In this document: piece by piece, positions 24,241 to 36,320 of the stretch
Numbering within the stretch: the first letter of the stretch is position 1
Layout: the number at the start of each line of letters is the position of its first letter
DNA from: Callorhinchus milii
Taxonomy: Eukaryota
Direction: 5' to 3'
NCBI RefSeq assembly: GCF_018977255.1
Contig: NW_024704742.1
Location: 35,776,001-35,840,000, forward strand
Length of the DNA stretch: 64,000 bases
Notes under the pieces: model-generated
Told to the model about the DNA's origin: nothing
What the model saw: only the letters and a program-made list of their open reading frames with translations
Databases searched by the model: none
Translations under genes and position numbers: made by a program

Positions 24241-24943
24241 AGACGCCAGGAGAAGCTTGCAAGGACATGCTTCCTTCCACCTAGTGAGGGTACCAACCCA
24301 TGGTTGTTCCATGTCAAATGACCAACTTGTGACTATCCTCCTTTGGCGGGAGGTAAGTACAGGCTCCTTGGACCTGGTTCCAAGGGACATATTTGGAAAC
24401 AGAATGTCAGAATTGAACCAAGCCTTGTGGCGATCTTGGTAGTCCAGTTCCTGAGTCAGGTGAGCCGGCAGTATTCCTGCGCACTGCTGATGACAGCCCA
24501 GCCAGCCTGGCTCATCGGCACGACTTGGAAGGATAGACGAGTCACTGGAGGCAGGGATTCTTCCCATTCAGCTCCTGTTAATTCTACAAGCCAAAGCCTC
24601 AACGGGTTAGGTGATCCTAGCTAGAAGAGCAGTGAAAAATCGTGACAGATGACGCTTACAATCACAAGCTATGCGGTTTTAGCTGGTTAGACTCCAGCAA
24701 TACCCCATCACACAATCTGGGGCCCCCAAGTCCAGGCTCTTGCCACCCTGTGCATAATACTCCTAGGAATTAGGTATGGAGGGTGTGTTCCTCCAGCGAG
24801 AGAGTGCACATTTCCTTCTAATAAATATCTTGGGCATTTCCATGTGTTGGTGGCATACATGAAACTCTCAGTTCCATTTGGATACTCTTCAGCATAATGC
24901 TGTGTTTCCACATGTGAGAGACACACAGATTATTAAAAAAAAA
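24241..24943. repeat. Unclassified old interspersed repeat, longest copy
   Basis: Reverse-complement homology to 29430-29967, 51078-51337 and 57617-57968 (motifs ggaaacccatca, ttccatgcatcccacc, gcaagagccaagg, ggtactgctggagt). Confidence 0.8.
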
Positions 24944-25089
24944 GCAGGAGCCAAGCCAAATATGTGACCAGTATTCAAGTCTAAAGTAGACTTAGGTGTC
25001 ATAAAGAAGTAAGAGTTGTTGTGTAGGGAAGAAGAATTTAGTGTCAATCATTGAGGAATTATGGACAGTTTTGTGGAAATTGATGGAAA

Positions 25090-25350
25090 ATAGCAGATTG
25101 AGATGGCTTGATCTCATTTTCAGATACAACCTCCACAGATTAATCAGACAAACGGACGTTATTGCGTGAAAATGTAAGGCACTTATGGATAGAGAAAATA
25201 AACCCAGACTAATACTTTCGGATATGTCAAAGGGAAAAAATGCCACATGTTCAACATTATGAAGGGCAAGTTTAGGACAGACACCAGAAAATATTTCTTT
25301 AATGCCGAGGGCAATGAACAGCTGGAATTTGTTATTAGGAGGGGTAGTAG
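25090..25350 (+). mobile_element. CR1-type 3' ORF fragment, old
   Basis: KGKFRTDTRKYFF..NSWNLL-like C-terminal motif; related minus-strand copy near 34095-34320. Confidence 0.7.
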
Positions 25351-27254
25351 AGGACAAGATAATGCAGAACCATGTTCGTCTGTACCCCTTGTGATCTCAT
25401 GAATGTTCATTGTTGATGGAGACTAATGCCTGCAGTACCCATCAATGATGTAGGTTCTATTTGTTCTTTGATAACTTGCAGATGGTTTCCCAGATGTTAA
25501 TGGAGCAATGTGTATAATAGCCATGGTTAGTTGATTCAAAGTACCTTCTGCCACTTCAGATGGAATTTAACAATCCCAAGACAATATTCGATAAGGTGAG
25601 TTTTTCCTGATCTCCTGGCCAACTTCACATAATCGGTCATTCACCTAATGGCTGTTTGTCAAATCTTATTTTTTGTCGAATCTTGACTGTGTGCAAATGA
25701 TTGCCACATTTGCCTTCAGAGACAGTCGCTATGACACTTCGTTGAAACTATTCGTGTTTTGAGGCATTAATCATAGATAAAAATTCAAGCTCTTTATTTC
25801 TGTTTGTGTGTGTCTGTGTGTTTGCACGTACAGTAAGAAACCGAGAAACTCCTTTCCTTTAATATTCAAAAAGGGAAGTTTTATTTTCTCGGATAGAAAA
25901 ATAGAGCCTGTAAAGTTATCAATTAAAATGACTTAAGTAACATTACCGCCATTCCAAAAGTACAGAAACCTTGAAAGTGTTTTTTGAAAGGAAGATCTAT
26001 TCAGTTCCTGTTATTAATACTACCTAAACTGGAAATCATCAGCAACGGAACAGTCTATTAAGAGTCTTGTTGAGCCTGTATCTCCGTTCAGATATGTAAT
26101 TGCTTTTGGAAATGATTGGCTCTGTGATTGTGCGTCTTATCTGTGGTTTAGCTGTCGTCTTGCAATTTCTTACTGCCGGTCACATCCTATTATATTGATC
26201 AAGCTTGTTCCTTCCTGACATTTTTATACCATCTAGAAATAATTTACAGCATTAACAGCCTACTGCACATAAGAAATAAATATAAGAAAGCCATATGTAA
26301 AAGTACTACTTGAACATTATCCACATCAATGCTGATGTCTGAAAACAAATATATTGATTTATTTTCTTTTTAATTTTTCTTTCTTCTCATCTTTATCCTG
26401 TGAGAGTTTTTTGTTTAAAGTTTGCACAATATATTTTTGTAAACATGTTTTCAATATGTGGTCTGTATTACATATTTAAAACATACTTAAAACATCTGTT
26501 TTAAATATGTGGTTTGTGGTGGATTGTATCAGGCCCTTGGGACATCCTTCCTATGTGAAAGGTGCTATATAAATGCAGTTTGTTGTAGTTGTTTGTTGTA
26601 TTGTACAATACTTTGTAGAAGTATCATATTTCAACTTTTAAAAAAATGGAGAATCAAAATAACAAAAGATTTGATGATATATATTCCAAAAATGTTTTTG
26701 ACAGATTTATATTGCATGACCAATGGTTACCTGCACTACATTCTCGCTAGTTTTGGCTAAGTATCGATGACTGTTTTGTGGAACTGTCAAATGTGAAGGC
26801 TATATCCATTTTTTTCTGTACTTGTGGTTAACAATAAAGAAAACATATGAAATACAGAGCATTAAGAATTTAGGAAAACACACTTCAAATTTAAAACTGA
26901 ATTCAACAATTTGCCAAGTTCTGGACACTATGAAATGCTAAGTCAAGAAAGTAATCTCGACTTTTGTGGGATTTCTCCTTTAGTGTGCGATAGAAATATG
27001 TTTTTAAAGATAAGTTCAAAAGTATAAATATGTATTACAGAATCTTTATCAGTGCAATTTGTAATATGCCAAAACAATCAATTAATAGAGAATGTTATGG
27101 CAAAGACCTATATAGATTTTCATATATTTTACACATCACTGAATGACATTTCTTCCAGCTCCAAAACCTGAAATCTTTATTTTTTTCACTCCTCAGTACT
27201 TTATTTTGAGAGAATATTGCTGCAGGTAGAGAATACTTAGATGACATGATCTTT

Positions 27255-27470
27255 CTACAGTATCCTACCACTGATCCTATCGGATATCACTGAGGTCTAA
27301 CTACTTGACACCTGCTTTTCTGAGACTTGGCATTTTCCTCAGTGGTTTTTTTGAGGCTCAGCCACTGGCACATGTCCAATGCTGGATTTCTCACAGTCTT
27401 TCTTATTGATTGAACAGCTTACATTGGTCAATTCTGCATTGGTATGGCTTCATGGCTGTCTATCAATTAT
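27255..27470 (+). mobile_element. Highly decayed L2 RT fragment
   Basis: LILSDITE resembles LILLDLSAAF, and SALVWLHGCLS resembles ALAWFxSYLS. Confidence 0.45.
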
Positions 27471-27867
27471 CCTCCAGCCTCAGTTCTTGGGACTTGGACG
27501 ATATGGTATCCTTGCACCCAAAAACAAGCTTTTTATCAAAGAATGCAAAACATCTGCATTCTGTAGAAATTTGCCTACAAAAATGCATAGAAAGACCCTG
27601 CGTGCTACAGTAAATCTTGTAAAGATGCTTTGAAATGCTTTGACAATATAAGTTGCTGTATCAAATGCAAGAATTATTATTTTATTGTGTCTGCAATTTT
27701 AGCCAACAGATTTAGACTATGATCTTTCCTTGTAAACCTTTGAAGTTATTTTTAGAGAAGACTTGACAACAGGATTAGAAAGTTATACCAGAGGATCGAT
27801 TTATTGTCAGATTCTTTAAATTTCAATTCAATATGAAAAGAATGGTAGATACCTTTGGTTTATTGAG

Positions 27868-28189
27868 AATAATAATAATAATAATCCTTGCAATTGATAT
27901 AGCGCTTTTCACATCGGGAGGACGTCCCAAAGCGCTTCACAGAACACACTGTAAAGTGAATTGACTGTATATTTGTGGGCGAACGCGGCAGCCAATTGCG
28001 CACAGCAATGTCCCACAAACAGTCGTAGATTGAAAATGACCAATTTATTATTGTTTTTGGTTTTGGAGGGATTATTATTAGGTGTGTGGAGTAAGGAAAC
28101 TTGCCCAAGGTTTCGCCCTCTGCCTGGAATTGAATTCAGGTCTCTCGCTTGCAAAGCGAGTGCTCTAACCACTGAGCTACAGGACTCCA
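27868..28189 (-). mobile_element. Young tRNA-Ala-derived SINE, full length
   Basis: GGAGTCCTGTAGCTCAGTGGTTAGAGC A box, GAATTCAATTCC B-box variant, CCTTGGGCAAGT, L2-type tail and (ATT)n; near-identical to several other copies. Confidence 0.95.
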
Positions 28190-28777
28190 CGAATCATATG
28201 ATCCCAGGAAATTCAGGACCAATAATTTCACCAATTATATCGACCTTTGTGCGAATTATAAATAAATAATCCTTGCATTTTGATATAGTGCCTTTTACGT
28301 TGAGAGGACAAAAGCTTATGACATTTATTGTCTCACCATACTGTGATACCAGTCATGGTCTTCTCAGAATATCTAAATCCAGGGTATTGGAATTGCTTTA
28401 CAAAGGGATGTATGAAGAAAGATTTCTTTCTTGGCTGGCTGTAAATTTTCCACATATTTGTATGATATCAATTGGTACTATCTGCCCCTTGGAATAATAG
28501 ACGGCATGCTGTGAAATATTTATATTTTTATTTGGTATGTAAAAATTTCCAGTTTAATAAATCTGTATAAACAGCGGGTAGTCATATTAATATGGTGCCA
28601 CTTAGTTGATCTTATTTGACAAATTCCATTTCTCATATGACTAGCCAAACAAAGTATTTTAAAACAAAGTATTTTAAAATAGGCAACCGATGCAAGTGCT
28701 GTAGACCAGATCTGTTAGCCACTGTTACTCAGGCTGCAGATTTTAAACCTAGTTTGTTTTTAAATGTCTGAAAATAT

Positions 28778-28979
28778 GATTATTTGCTTGTTCCCATTTT
28801 TCAACATTATGGATGTCTGCACTTTCCAGTGAAGAGCAGATGTTTCCAATACAAGTTCCTGCCCTTTGGTTTGGCAGCAGCTCCCATGATTTTCACCAAA
28901 TGTGTTGCAGTGGTAGCTGCTTATCTCTGTAAACAAGGAGTAAATCCATCTTTATTTCAATGACTAGTTGACCCAAGCT
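28778..28979 (+). mobile_element. DIRS-type (tyrosine-recombinase retrotransposon) RT relic
   Basis: DYLLVPIFQHYGCLHFPVKSRCFQYKFLPFGLAAAPMIFTKCVAVVAAYLCKQGV, then after a frameshift YFND*LTQA, a degenerate YLDDWL motif. Confidence 0.8.
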
Positions 28980-29134
28980 GAAATGCGGTATTTTTTGACA
29001 GAAACTAATGATGGTTATTTCATCCAGCAGGTTTCAGAATGTTTTTCAGTGTTTCAATGGCAACCAATTTTTAAACAATGAAGATATCATTCCTCTTGTA
29101 GAAAATATTCACAATGATGAAATAGGAACACACA

Positions 29135-29369
29135 TAATAATAAAGTAATAATCCTTGCATTTTATATGGTGCCTTTCACGTTGGGAAGATATCTGAAAGT
29201 GAGGATTGGTTTAACATTTCACCTGCATGGCAACTTCAACAAGGCAGCATTCTTCCAGCCCTGTATTGGGGTCAACCTTGATCGTGATTTCAAAATCCTA
29301 CATGGGGACAAGAACCCACAACCTTCTGACTCAGGTTAGAGTGCTATCAAACTGAACTAAGCTGACATC
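29135..29369 (-). mobile_element. Deu-type SINE, internally deleted
   Basis: Head (+ strand gtgctatcaaactgaactaagctgaca) and (aat)n tail. Confidence 0.7.
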
Positions 29370-29429
29370 TAACATGTTCAAATGTGAGTTTTTCTTAATC
29401 AAAGTCAATGTCATGCTTATTTATTGTTT

Positions 29430-29967
29430 TATTTTTGGTCAGCCAGAGACAGGTGCGGAAACCCATCAGCATGCTTAAGAGTTATACTGAGAGTTCCATG
29501 CATCCCACCTTCACATAGAAATTTCCATGTATTGAATGGAATGCATACTCTCTCGGAGTAGGGACGTATCCTGCTTACTAATTCTGGAAAGAGTTAGGTG
29601 CAAGCAAGCAAGAGCCAAGGATTAAGGACCCTAGAGTGTGTATTGGGTACTGCTGGAGTTTAACCAGTTAAAACTGCATATAATAATAATAAAAATAATC
29701 CTTGCATTTGTTTAACACCTTTCAAGTCAAAAGGGCATCTCAAAGTGCTTCAACACTTTTCATGAAGGTGAGAAGCTCTGAGATGCTGTGAAGGGCGCTG
29801 TATAAATGCAAATAATTGTTGTTGTTGTGACTATATGTTTTGGGAGTGAAAACACTGCCTGGCAAGCTTTCCTGTTGATTATGCAGCTAGGACAATCCTA
29901 CCCACTAAGGTTTGGGCTTACAGGGTTAACGGGAGCTGAATGAGAAGAATCCGTGCCCTTGTGACTT
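29430..29967. repeat. Unclassified repeat copy interrupted by two head-to-head L2/SINE tails (about 29681-29828)
   Basis: Homology to the 24241-24943 family resumes after the insertion (agctaggacaatcc..gggagctgaatgagaagaatcc). Confidence 0.75.
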
Positions 29968-29989
29968 ATTATATTTATCAGCATTCTAG

Positions 29990-30400
29990 AAAATAACTTC
30001 CATTTTCATATTACCTTGTTTATTGAAACATCTCAAACCATTTTTAAGTGTCAATTATAGTGACTATTTTTGTAGGCAAATATGACAGGTCTTTTGTGTA
30101 TTGCAAGATCTGATAAACGGATGAAATAATTGATCAATTTATCTGGATGATTGTTGGCAAGGATATTGGGAGAAACTTCCTTTTCTTTTGGGATAGTATC
30201 ATGAGATCTTTAATGCCCACCTAAAAACAAGCAGAGTGGACCTTTAATCTGAAAGATCACACCATCAGCAAAACTGTGCTCCTCACTACCATGGAGTATT
30301 ATCCTACCTAGATTATGAATTCAGACCTGACATGGATCTTGAACTGACAACCTTGTAACCCAGAGGAGAGAATGCTATTGGCTGAGAGCCTTGTTGACAA
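29990..30400 (-). mobile_element. Deu-domain SINE, diverged
   Basis: gattgttggcaaggatattgggagaaacttcc..gatagtatcatgagatctttaatg core plus a head remnant. Confidence 0.7.
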
Positions 30401-30646
30401 ACATACCACCACCTTTATCATCCTTATCATCCCTAAATACATAACTCTTGATTCCCTTTCAGTTCTACTATCTTGTCTCAAAGTTTTTCTGACTCTTAAA
30501 AATAGGATTGAACTTCAGAAAAATTGAAGAACAGGTGACAATTATGTCTCTTCCTATTACGTGACTGAGCAGGTTTGTCCTGTTCCAAAGCAGGGTAGAT
30601 CTAAGAATCCACCGAATTTGTTATTCTGAGCTAGTAATAAAGTTAG

Positions 30647-30650
30647 AATA

Positions 30651-30681
<31 letters not shown>

Positions 30682-30987
30682 CCTTGCATTTGATACAGCG
30701 CTTTTCACGTCGGGAGGACGTCCCAAAGCGCTTCACAGAACACACTGTAAAGTGAGTTGACTGTATATTTGTGGGCGAACGCGGCAGCCAATTGCGCACA
30801 GCAATGTCCCACAAACAGTCGTAGATTGAAAATGACCAATTTATTATTGTTTTGGTTTTGGAGGGATTATTATTAGGCTCTGTGTGGAGTAAGGAAACTT
30901 GCCCAAGGTTTCGCCCTCTGCCTGGAATTGAACTCAGGTCTCTCACTTGCAAAGCGAGTGCTCTAACCACTGAGCTACAGGACTCCA
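30647..30987 (-). mobile_element. Young tRNA-Ala-derived SINE, full length
   Basis: Near-identical to 27868-28189, with a long (aat)n tail. Confidence 0.95.
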
Positions 30988-31009
30988 AAATGACATTTGA
31001 AAAGGAAGT

Positions 31010-31071
31010 GGAGACACTGAACCCGAGTCCTCTCGCTTGCGAGGTGAACGCACTAACACTACAGGACTCCA
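31010..31071 (-). mobile_element. Isolated SINE tRNA-like head
   Basis: Second GGAGTCCTGTAG..GGGTTCA head just upstream of the young copy. Confidence 0.7.
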
Positions 31072-31099
31072 CAAGTAATGCAAGTTATTGTTGTTGTAT

Positions 31100-31530
31100 A
31101 CCAGCTTCTGCCTTCTCCTCCAGGACTATTCTCCCGCCCGCACCCTTGCTCTGTCCATCTGCCCATTGGCGATTCTGAGCTGGTGCGTTCTTCTGTTGCC
31201 TTTTGCTTTGTGTCTGTGATAAACCTTCACAATCTCCTCCAGTCTGTTCTCCTACACAACACTCATCTACCTCTAGCCCACTATTCAGAGAGGCCCTTCT
31301 CTATTGTTGGCCAAGCCTTCACTCACTATGTCGCCGCTCTCTGGAACTCTCCCCAAATCCCTTCGCCTCACTCCTCACTACAACCTCAAAACCCTCATAT
31401 GAATGGAGAATTGCTTCTCACTTTGCTCTACACGAAATATGTAGGAATAACAGTTTCCACAATTCACAGTGAATCCTGTAAAGCGCTTTGAAACATTTTC
31501 CCAACATGAAATGCAAGGGTTATTTTTTTA
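31100..31530 (+). mobile_element. L2 3' fragment, diverged
   Basis: IVGQAFTHYVAALWNS resembles GGRAFSxxAPxLWNSL; L2-type tail. Confidence 0.7.
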
Positions 31531-34500
31531 TTAGAATAGATTCATTATTTGTGGGTTAAATTCCATCGGTCAGTAAACTTTACTGACCAATGGAGATATG
31601 CAAACGAAGATTACACCATTCAAAGGTATATACTTTTCTCATTGGAATGATTCATTGGTGCTGCTCCGTATCAAGTCCAGCATGCTTCTCGCTTATCTGT
31701 TCATACCACAAATTAATTCAACTGAACATTTCATGTCAAAATAAAAAAGTGGGGAACAAGATGAGTGCCGTTCAGTTTTTCAGTTCATTCTTCTGCAACC
31801 CTTTGAAATGACTTATCCTGTCATGGACTCTGTCTGACTTATTTCATCTCTTATTTCGTGAAAGACACTATATAAATATAAATTGTTGTTGCCAGCGTTG
31901 TTGTTGTGATAGTGTGATCACTAGAGATGATAATATTGGTTACCACCTGGAAACTTAACAATTACTCCAATTGTAGGACTCCACAGAGACCAGAAGGATG
32001 GTTGGATCAATAATAATAATAATAATCCTTGCAGTTGATAATAATAATCCCAACTTCTAACACAGATAACTGAGAGACAACTTTACCAATGTATAGCTGG
32101 GGGGAGAATAGTCGAACCTGGCCTTGGTCCTACGAGACATGGAATTTATGGCAGATTTTGTGTTATTGCAAGGAAACGGTTTGTCACAAATGAAATAAGG
32201 TCAGACACAAACCATGTCAGTTCCATTTTGCAAGGTGCCCTTTAGTGCCTGAAAGCCACTTTTTGGGGCTGCATTTGCAGACCTGAAAAGCTGAACCAGG
32301 GGAAATTGACAGGAATAATAGATGCTTAGATGAACAAAAATAAATTAGAAAAGGACGGAGAATCAAAAGGGGAAAAGCAAGCTGAAAGAGTGAGCATAGA
32401 TAATATCTTTAAAATGTGTTTTTTGGTTTAAATTGTTTACCGCATTTATTTTTATGATTGATGGTCGAGTGAAATAGAGATCCTGCTTTTTTGGAGTCAT
32501 TGTAGTGTTTGACAGTTATTTCCTTAGATCTGACATTCAGCAATCAATGGGTTAATAGGTAGCCTTTTTCTACTGGCATCTAAGAGTGTATCATGCAGAG
32601 ATTTTCTTTAAAGAAGCACGATTGCTGAAAAGTGAAATATGATAAGGAAGCAAGCACAGGGATGTCCCAAGAATCAAAACTTTTTTGAACCTTATGCATT
32701 GTTTTGAATTATTGTATCCTACAAGTGAGGGTTATTGTGGCTCATCAATCAGCCAATTTTTTTGTTATTTAGTTCAAAGAGATATAAGAGGTGAAGTCCA
32801 GCTTTATGTGTTGAAATGTCAGCCTGGTTCAGTTGATAGCGCTTAATTTCAGATGAAATTAAACTGAGGTCCCTGCAACAAGAGGATGTAAAACCTCCCA
32901 TGTACTATTTGTAAAATGAAGTGAGTTTGAACAATAATCTTCCAGATAAAACTAGTCTTTCAGTTCATCACTGGCAAACATCATTCATCATTCATTTCTC
33001 CCCCCCAGCTTGGCATCTCCCTTGGCTCGGCTTCATGCTCCGCCACTGTCAAGCGCTCTGGGACGCTACCCTACATGAAGGGCGTTATGTAAATGCAAGT
33101 TGTTGTTGTTGCTGTTGTTATCACTTGGATAATTGCTCTGCTCAAATTGGCTGCCTTGTTTGCAAGCAAGCAGCAATGTGAATGCACAGTAATATGGAAA
33201 TATTTTCTATATGATGTGGTTTAATTTGTGTGATTTTCAAACGGGATTCAAATTGTTAACTCTATTTGTGAATATCTGAAGCCTAGCTAAATAGACAGCC
33301 TCTCCAAATTAGAATATCTACAACTTGTGATATTCACAAAAGAACAAACTGGGCTGTTTTGTTCTTCAGCCTTTCTTGCACATTAATTGGTCCATGTAAA
33401 GAAATTAGCTGTTTTATGATTTCGTAAATTTCTGCCCTTTTTAATTTCACAATAATTATTTTTGAAGTGGTTCTGAAATTGTAGTATAGGTGAGTGAGAG
33501 CAAATGTACTTCATTCCCAATACAGAATAGAGCCGGAGGACTTACTGTGTGTAACAATACTTGCACTAGCATAATGCCTTTCACACAGAATACGGTCTCA
33601 AAAGCAAAGCAGTTGACAAAGGCAGAGTGGAAAGGTAGTCTATTGGAAGTCCTTATTTGTCCCATTCTTTGCTGTAGCTTCTGCTATTACCATTCCCGAT
33701 AATTCAAGTTATAAAATCATCAACTGAGCCTTAAAGACCGAGGCTGAATCCCATGCATGTGTGAGTTAGCTGATCTGAGAAAAACAGCCAACAACATCAG
33801 AACTACAGCCCAGCATGAGTCACTGTCTTCGGGACAGAAGGGGAGAATATAAGTAAAACATCTTGTAATATAAATGGAGTGGTTTAAACAGCAGTAGGGC
33901 TGGAAGTCAGTTGAGTGGAACTTCAGGAAGCAATAAAAAGGAGCTATCAGTTCCACAGCTGGTCATGAGTTTCCATATGATCAAATGTATGGAAATGAGC
34001 TAGTTGGTCAGCATTGAAGTCAGGAAGTACACTTAATTTAGGTTGTTACTGGAGTGCTATACTTAGTGAAGCGTGTTTCTTTGTGGGTGATCAGAAAATC
34101 ATAAGTGAAGCTCGGACGAAGAAGGCATGTGCCCATTTGATCTCTTTGTTCCAGAGTACCAACCCACTTCAATATCAGGTTGTTTATTTTTAAATTCGTT
34201 GTCAGTGTCCTGGCTTCAACTACACTTCCTGGCAATCAATCCTGTTATTCATTGCATTTTATGTAAATAAGTATGTCCTGATGTCTTTATTAAAATTTGC
34301 ACCTTACCACTCTGAGCCCTTACCCTCCATTCCTGCTGCTGAGCTATATCCTTTATAGAGGGGAAAGGGTAAGCAGAATCTCCTTGGAGCTGAGCTGGCT
34401 CTGAAGCGACATGCTTGTCGGAAACAAGTCAATCCTCTGCATATTAGATGCTGTACCCAAGCAACCAGGTACAGTAACTCCAACACATAGACCACAGGCA

Positions 34501-35470
34501 AAATAATTTCATGTACACAGAAACAGAAATATATGAGGCATTGTATATACATCGAGATGCCTCAAGACACAATTGGTCCCTTGTGTCCACATTATCTGTA
34601 TGAATCTGGGGTACAATATATATAGCTATAGTGTGCTACACTTTGTGAATAAGCAGTGCAAATGCTGTAAATAAATATATTCTAAAATCTCCACAATAAT
34701 TGAATGAACCAGTGAGGTAAAAACAGACTTATTTAGAATTTCTTTTCAAATAAAACTCTTTTTTATTATATATTCATTGTAATAGCAGATAGAATGATCT
34801 AATAAAATCTTAGCAATAACTAGCACAAGAACAGCACCTCTCCCAGGCATTGTCAATTTCTAATCTCTGTGATGACAGCTCACTTTTGTTGAGCTAGCTA
34901 TTTCTTTGGTCTGGCAGTAATACCTGCAGCAAATGCATAATGGCTATGACATTATAAACATTTTGTTTTACAATTCTGTCTGTCAAAATGGTGCCCAAAC
35001 AGCCTTATAGTTTTAAAACTGAGATTCTCCTGCATGACTTCTCATTTTAGGTACTGATTGCATCAACTTGCACACAGCTGGTGTGGAATCTCTTTGACTT
35101 ATTCGATCCTGAACTATCCTTCAAACCTTACATTTGTTTCACTTGCGCTGCCCTCCGTCACCTCTGCAACATCGCCAGCCTCCACCACATTAGCTTTTGC
35201 TCAAGAATGCTGAGACCCTCACCTTTACTGTGTGCAAATTTGTTGCTGTGTCCAGATACACAGTCACTACATTTTACAATAAATCCTATGAAGCGCTTTG
35301 ATAAAGTAATAAGGTGATTTGATGAAGTAATAAGCTGTTACATCATATGCAAGGATAGTGATTATTATTGTAGCATTTCCATACATCAACTTGTTTTCTT
35401 TAGACTTTTTTTAATCAGTTTTCCAATTGGCAGCTTCTATGTCAGCCAAACTATCTCACAAACTAGTATA

Positions 35471-35563
35471 AAAAACAGAAGTCACTAGGAACACTCAGCA
35501 GGTCAGGCGGCATCTATGGAGAGAGGAAAGTGAGTTAACGTTTCAGGGCGATGACCTTTCATT
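35471..35563 (-). mobile_element. Short Penelope-LTR-like insert with a degenerate minimal hammerhead ribozyme
   Basis: Flanked by the exact 13-bp direct repeat ACAAACTAGTATA (35458-35470 and 35564-35576); minus strand reads AGTT-TGTAATGA-AAGGTCATCGCCCT-GAAACGTT-AACT. Confidence 0.7.
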
Positions 35564-35579
35564 ACAAACTAGTATATAG

Positions 35580-36320
35580 CTTGACAGCACCACACACCAC
35601 AGCACCTGTCCTTAAAACTCTCCGAACCCGTGCGCAACTTAGCCATCAGGTTCGATCCGCAGTTATCCTTCCCCACAACCGGTCCCTGACCAGCACCGCT
35701 TTCTTCCACCTCCGCCACATTGCTCGTCTCTGACAATACCTCATCCCAAAAGCTGCCAAAACCCTTGTCCATGCCTTTGTCACCTCTCGGCTGAACTATA
35801 ACGCCCTCCTCGCCAGTCTCCCCTCCTCCACTATTCACAAAATTCAGCTCATTCAAAACTCCGCTGCCCGCATTCTCACCCGCACCAAACTTCGTACCCC
35901 GATTACTCCAGTCCTTGCCAAACCCCACTGGCTCCCTGTCACAGAGCAGATCGACTTTAAGATCCTCACTCTAGTGTTTAAATCCCTCCATTCCGTGGCA
36001 CCCCCCTATCTCTCTAACCTCCTCTCTCCCCACAGCAGTACCCGCTATCTCCGTTCTACTGAGTCCGGCCTCCTCCATGCCCCCCGAATCCTCCGCTCCA
36101 CCATCGACGGCCGTGCCTTCAGCCACTACACCCTGAAACTTTGGAACGTCCTCCCTCAACCCCTTCTCCTCGCCCCCTGAAGACCTTCCTCTTCAACCGC
36201 ACCTACGGTCACTTTCCCCGTCCCCTTAGCTCAGCCTCGGGCTCTGCCATTGTTAAGCCCTCTGAGACGCCGCCTGGCGTGGAGGGCACAATATAAATGC
36301 AAGTTGTTGTTTTTGTTGTA
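35580..36320 (+). mobile_element. L2 LINE 3' portion
   Basis: [56 protein letters not shown]; tail atataaatgcaagttgttg. Confidence 0.95.

Noticed and set aside
24880..24915. GAAAC..CTGAAGA hammerhead-like boxes in the unclassified repeat
   Set aside because: No helix III or NUH site, and the other copies read CTTAAG or CCTAAG at that position
28110..28189. tRNA-Ala gene calls at SINE heads
   Set aside because: They continue into SINE body and tail, the T and acceptor stems are imperfect, and they are multi-copy
33546..33600. Minus-strand DRILCERHY (LIM-like) ahead of a GTAAGT donor
   Set aside because: In-frame stop directly upstream and only a rare GAG acceptor
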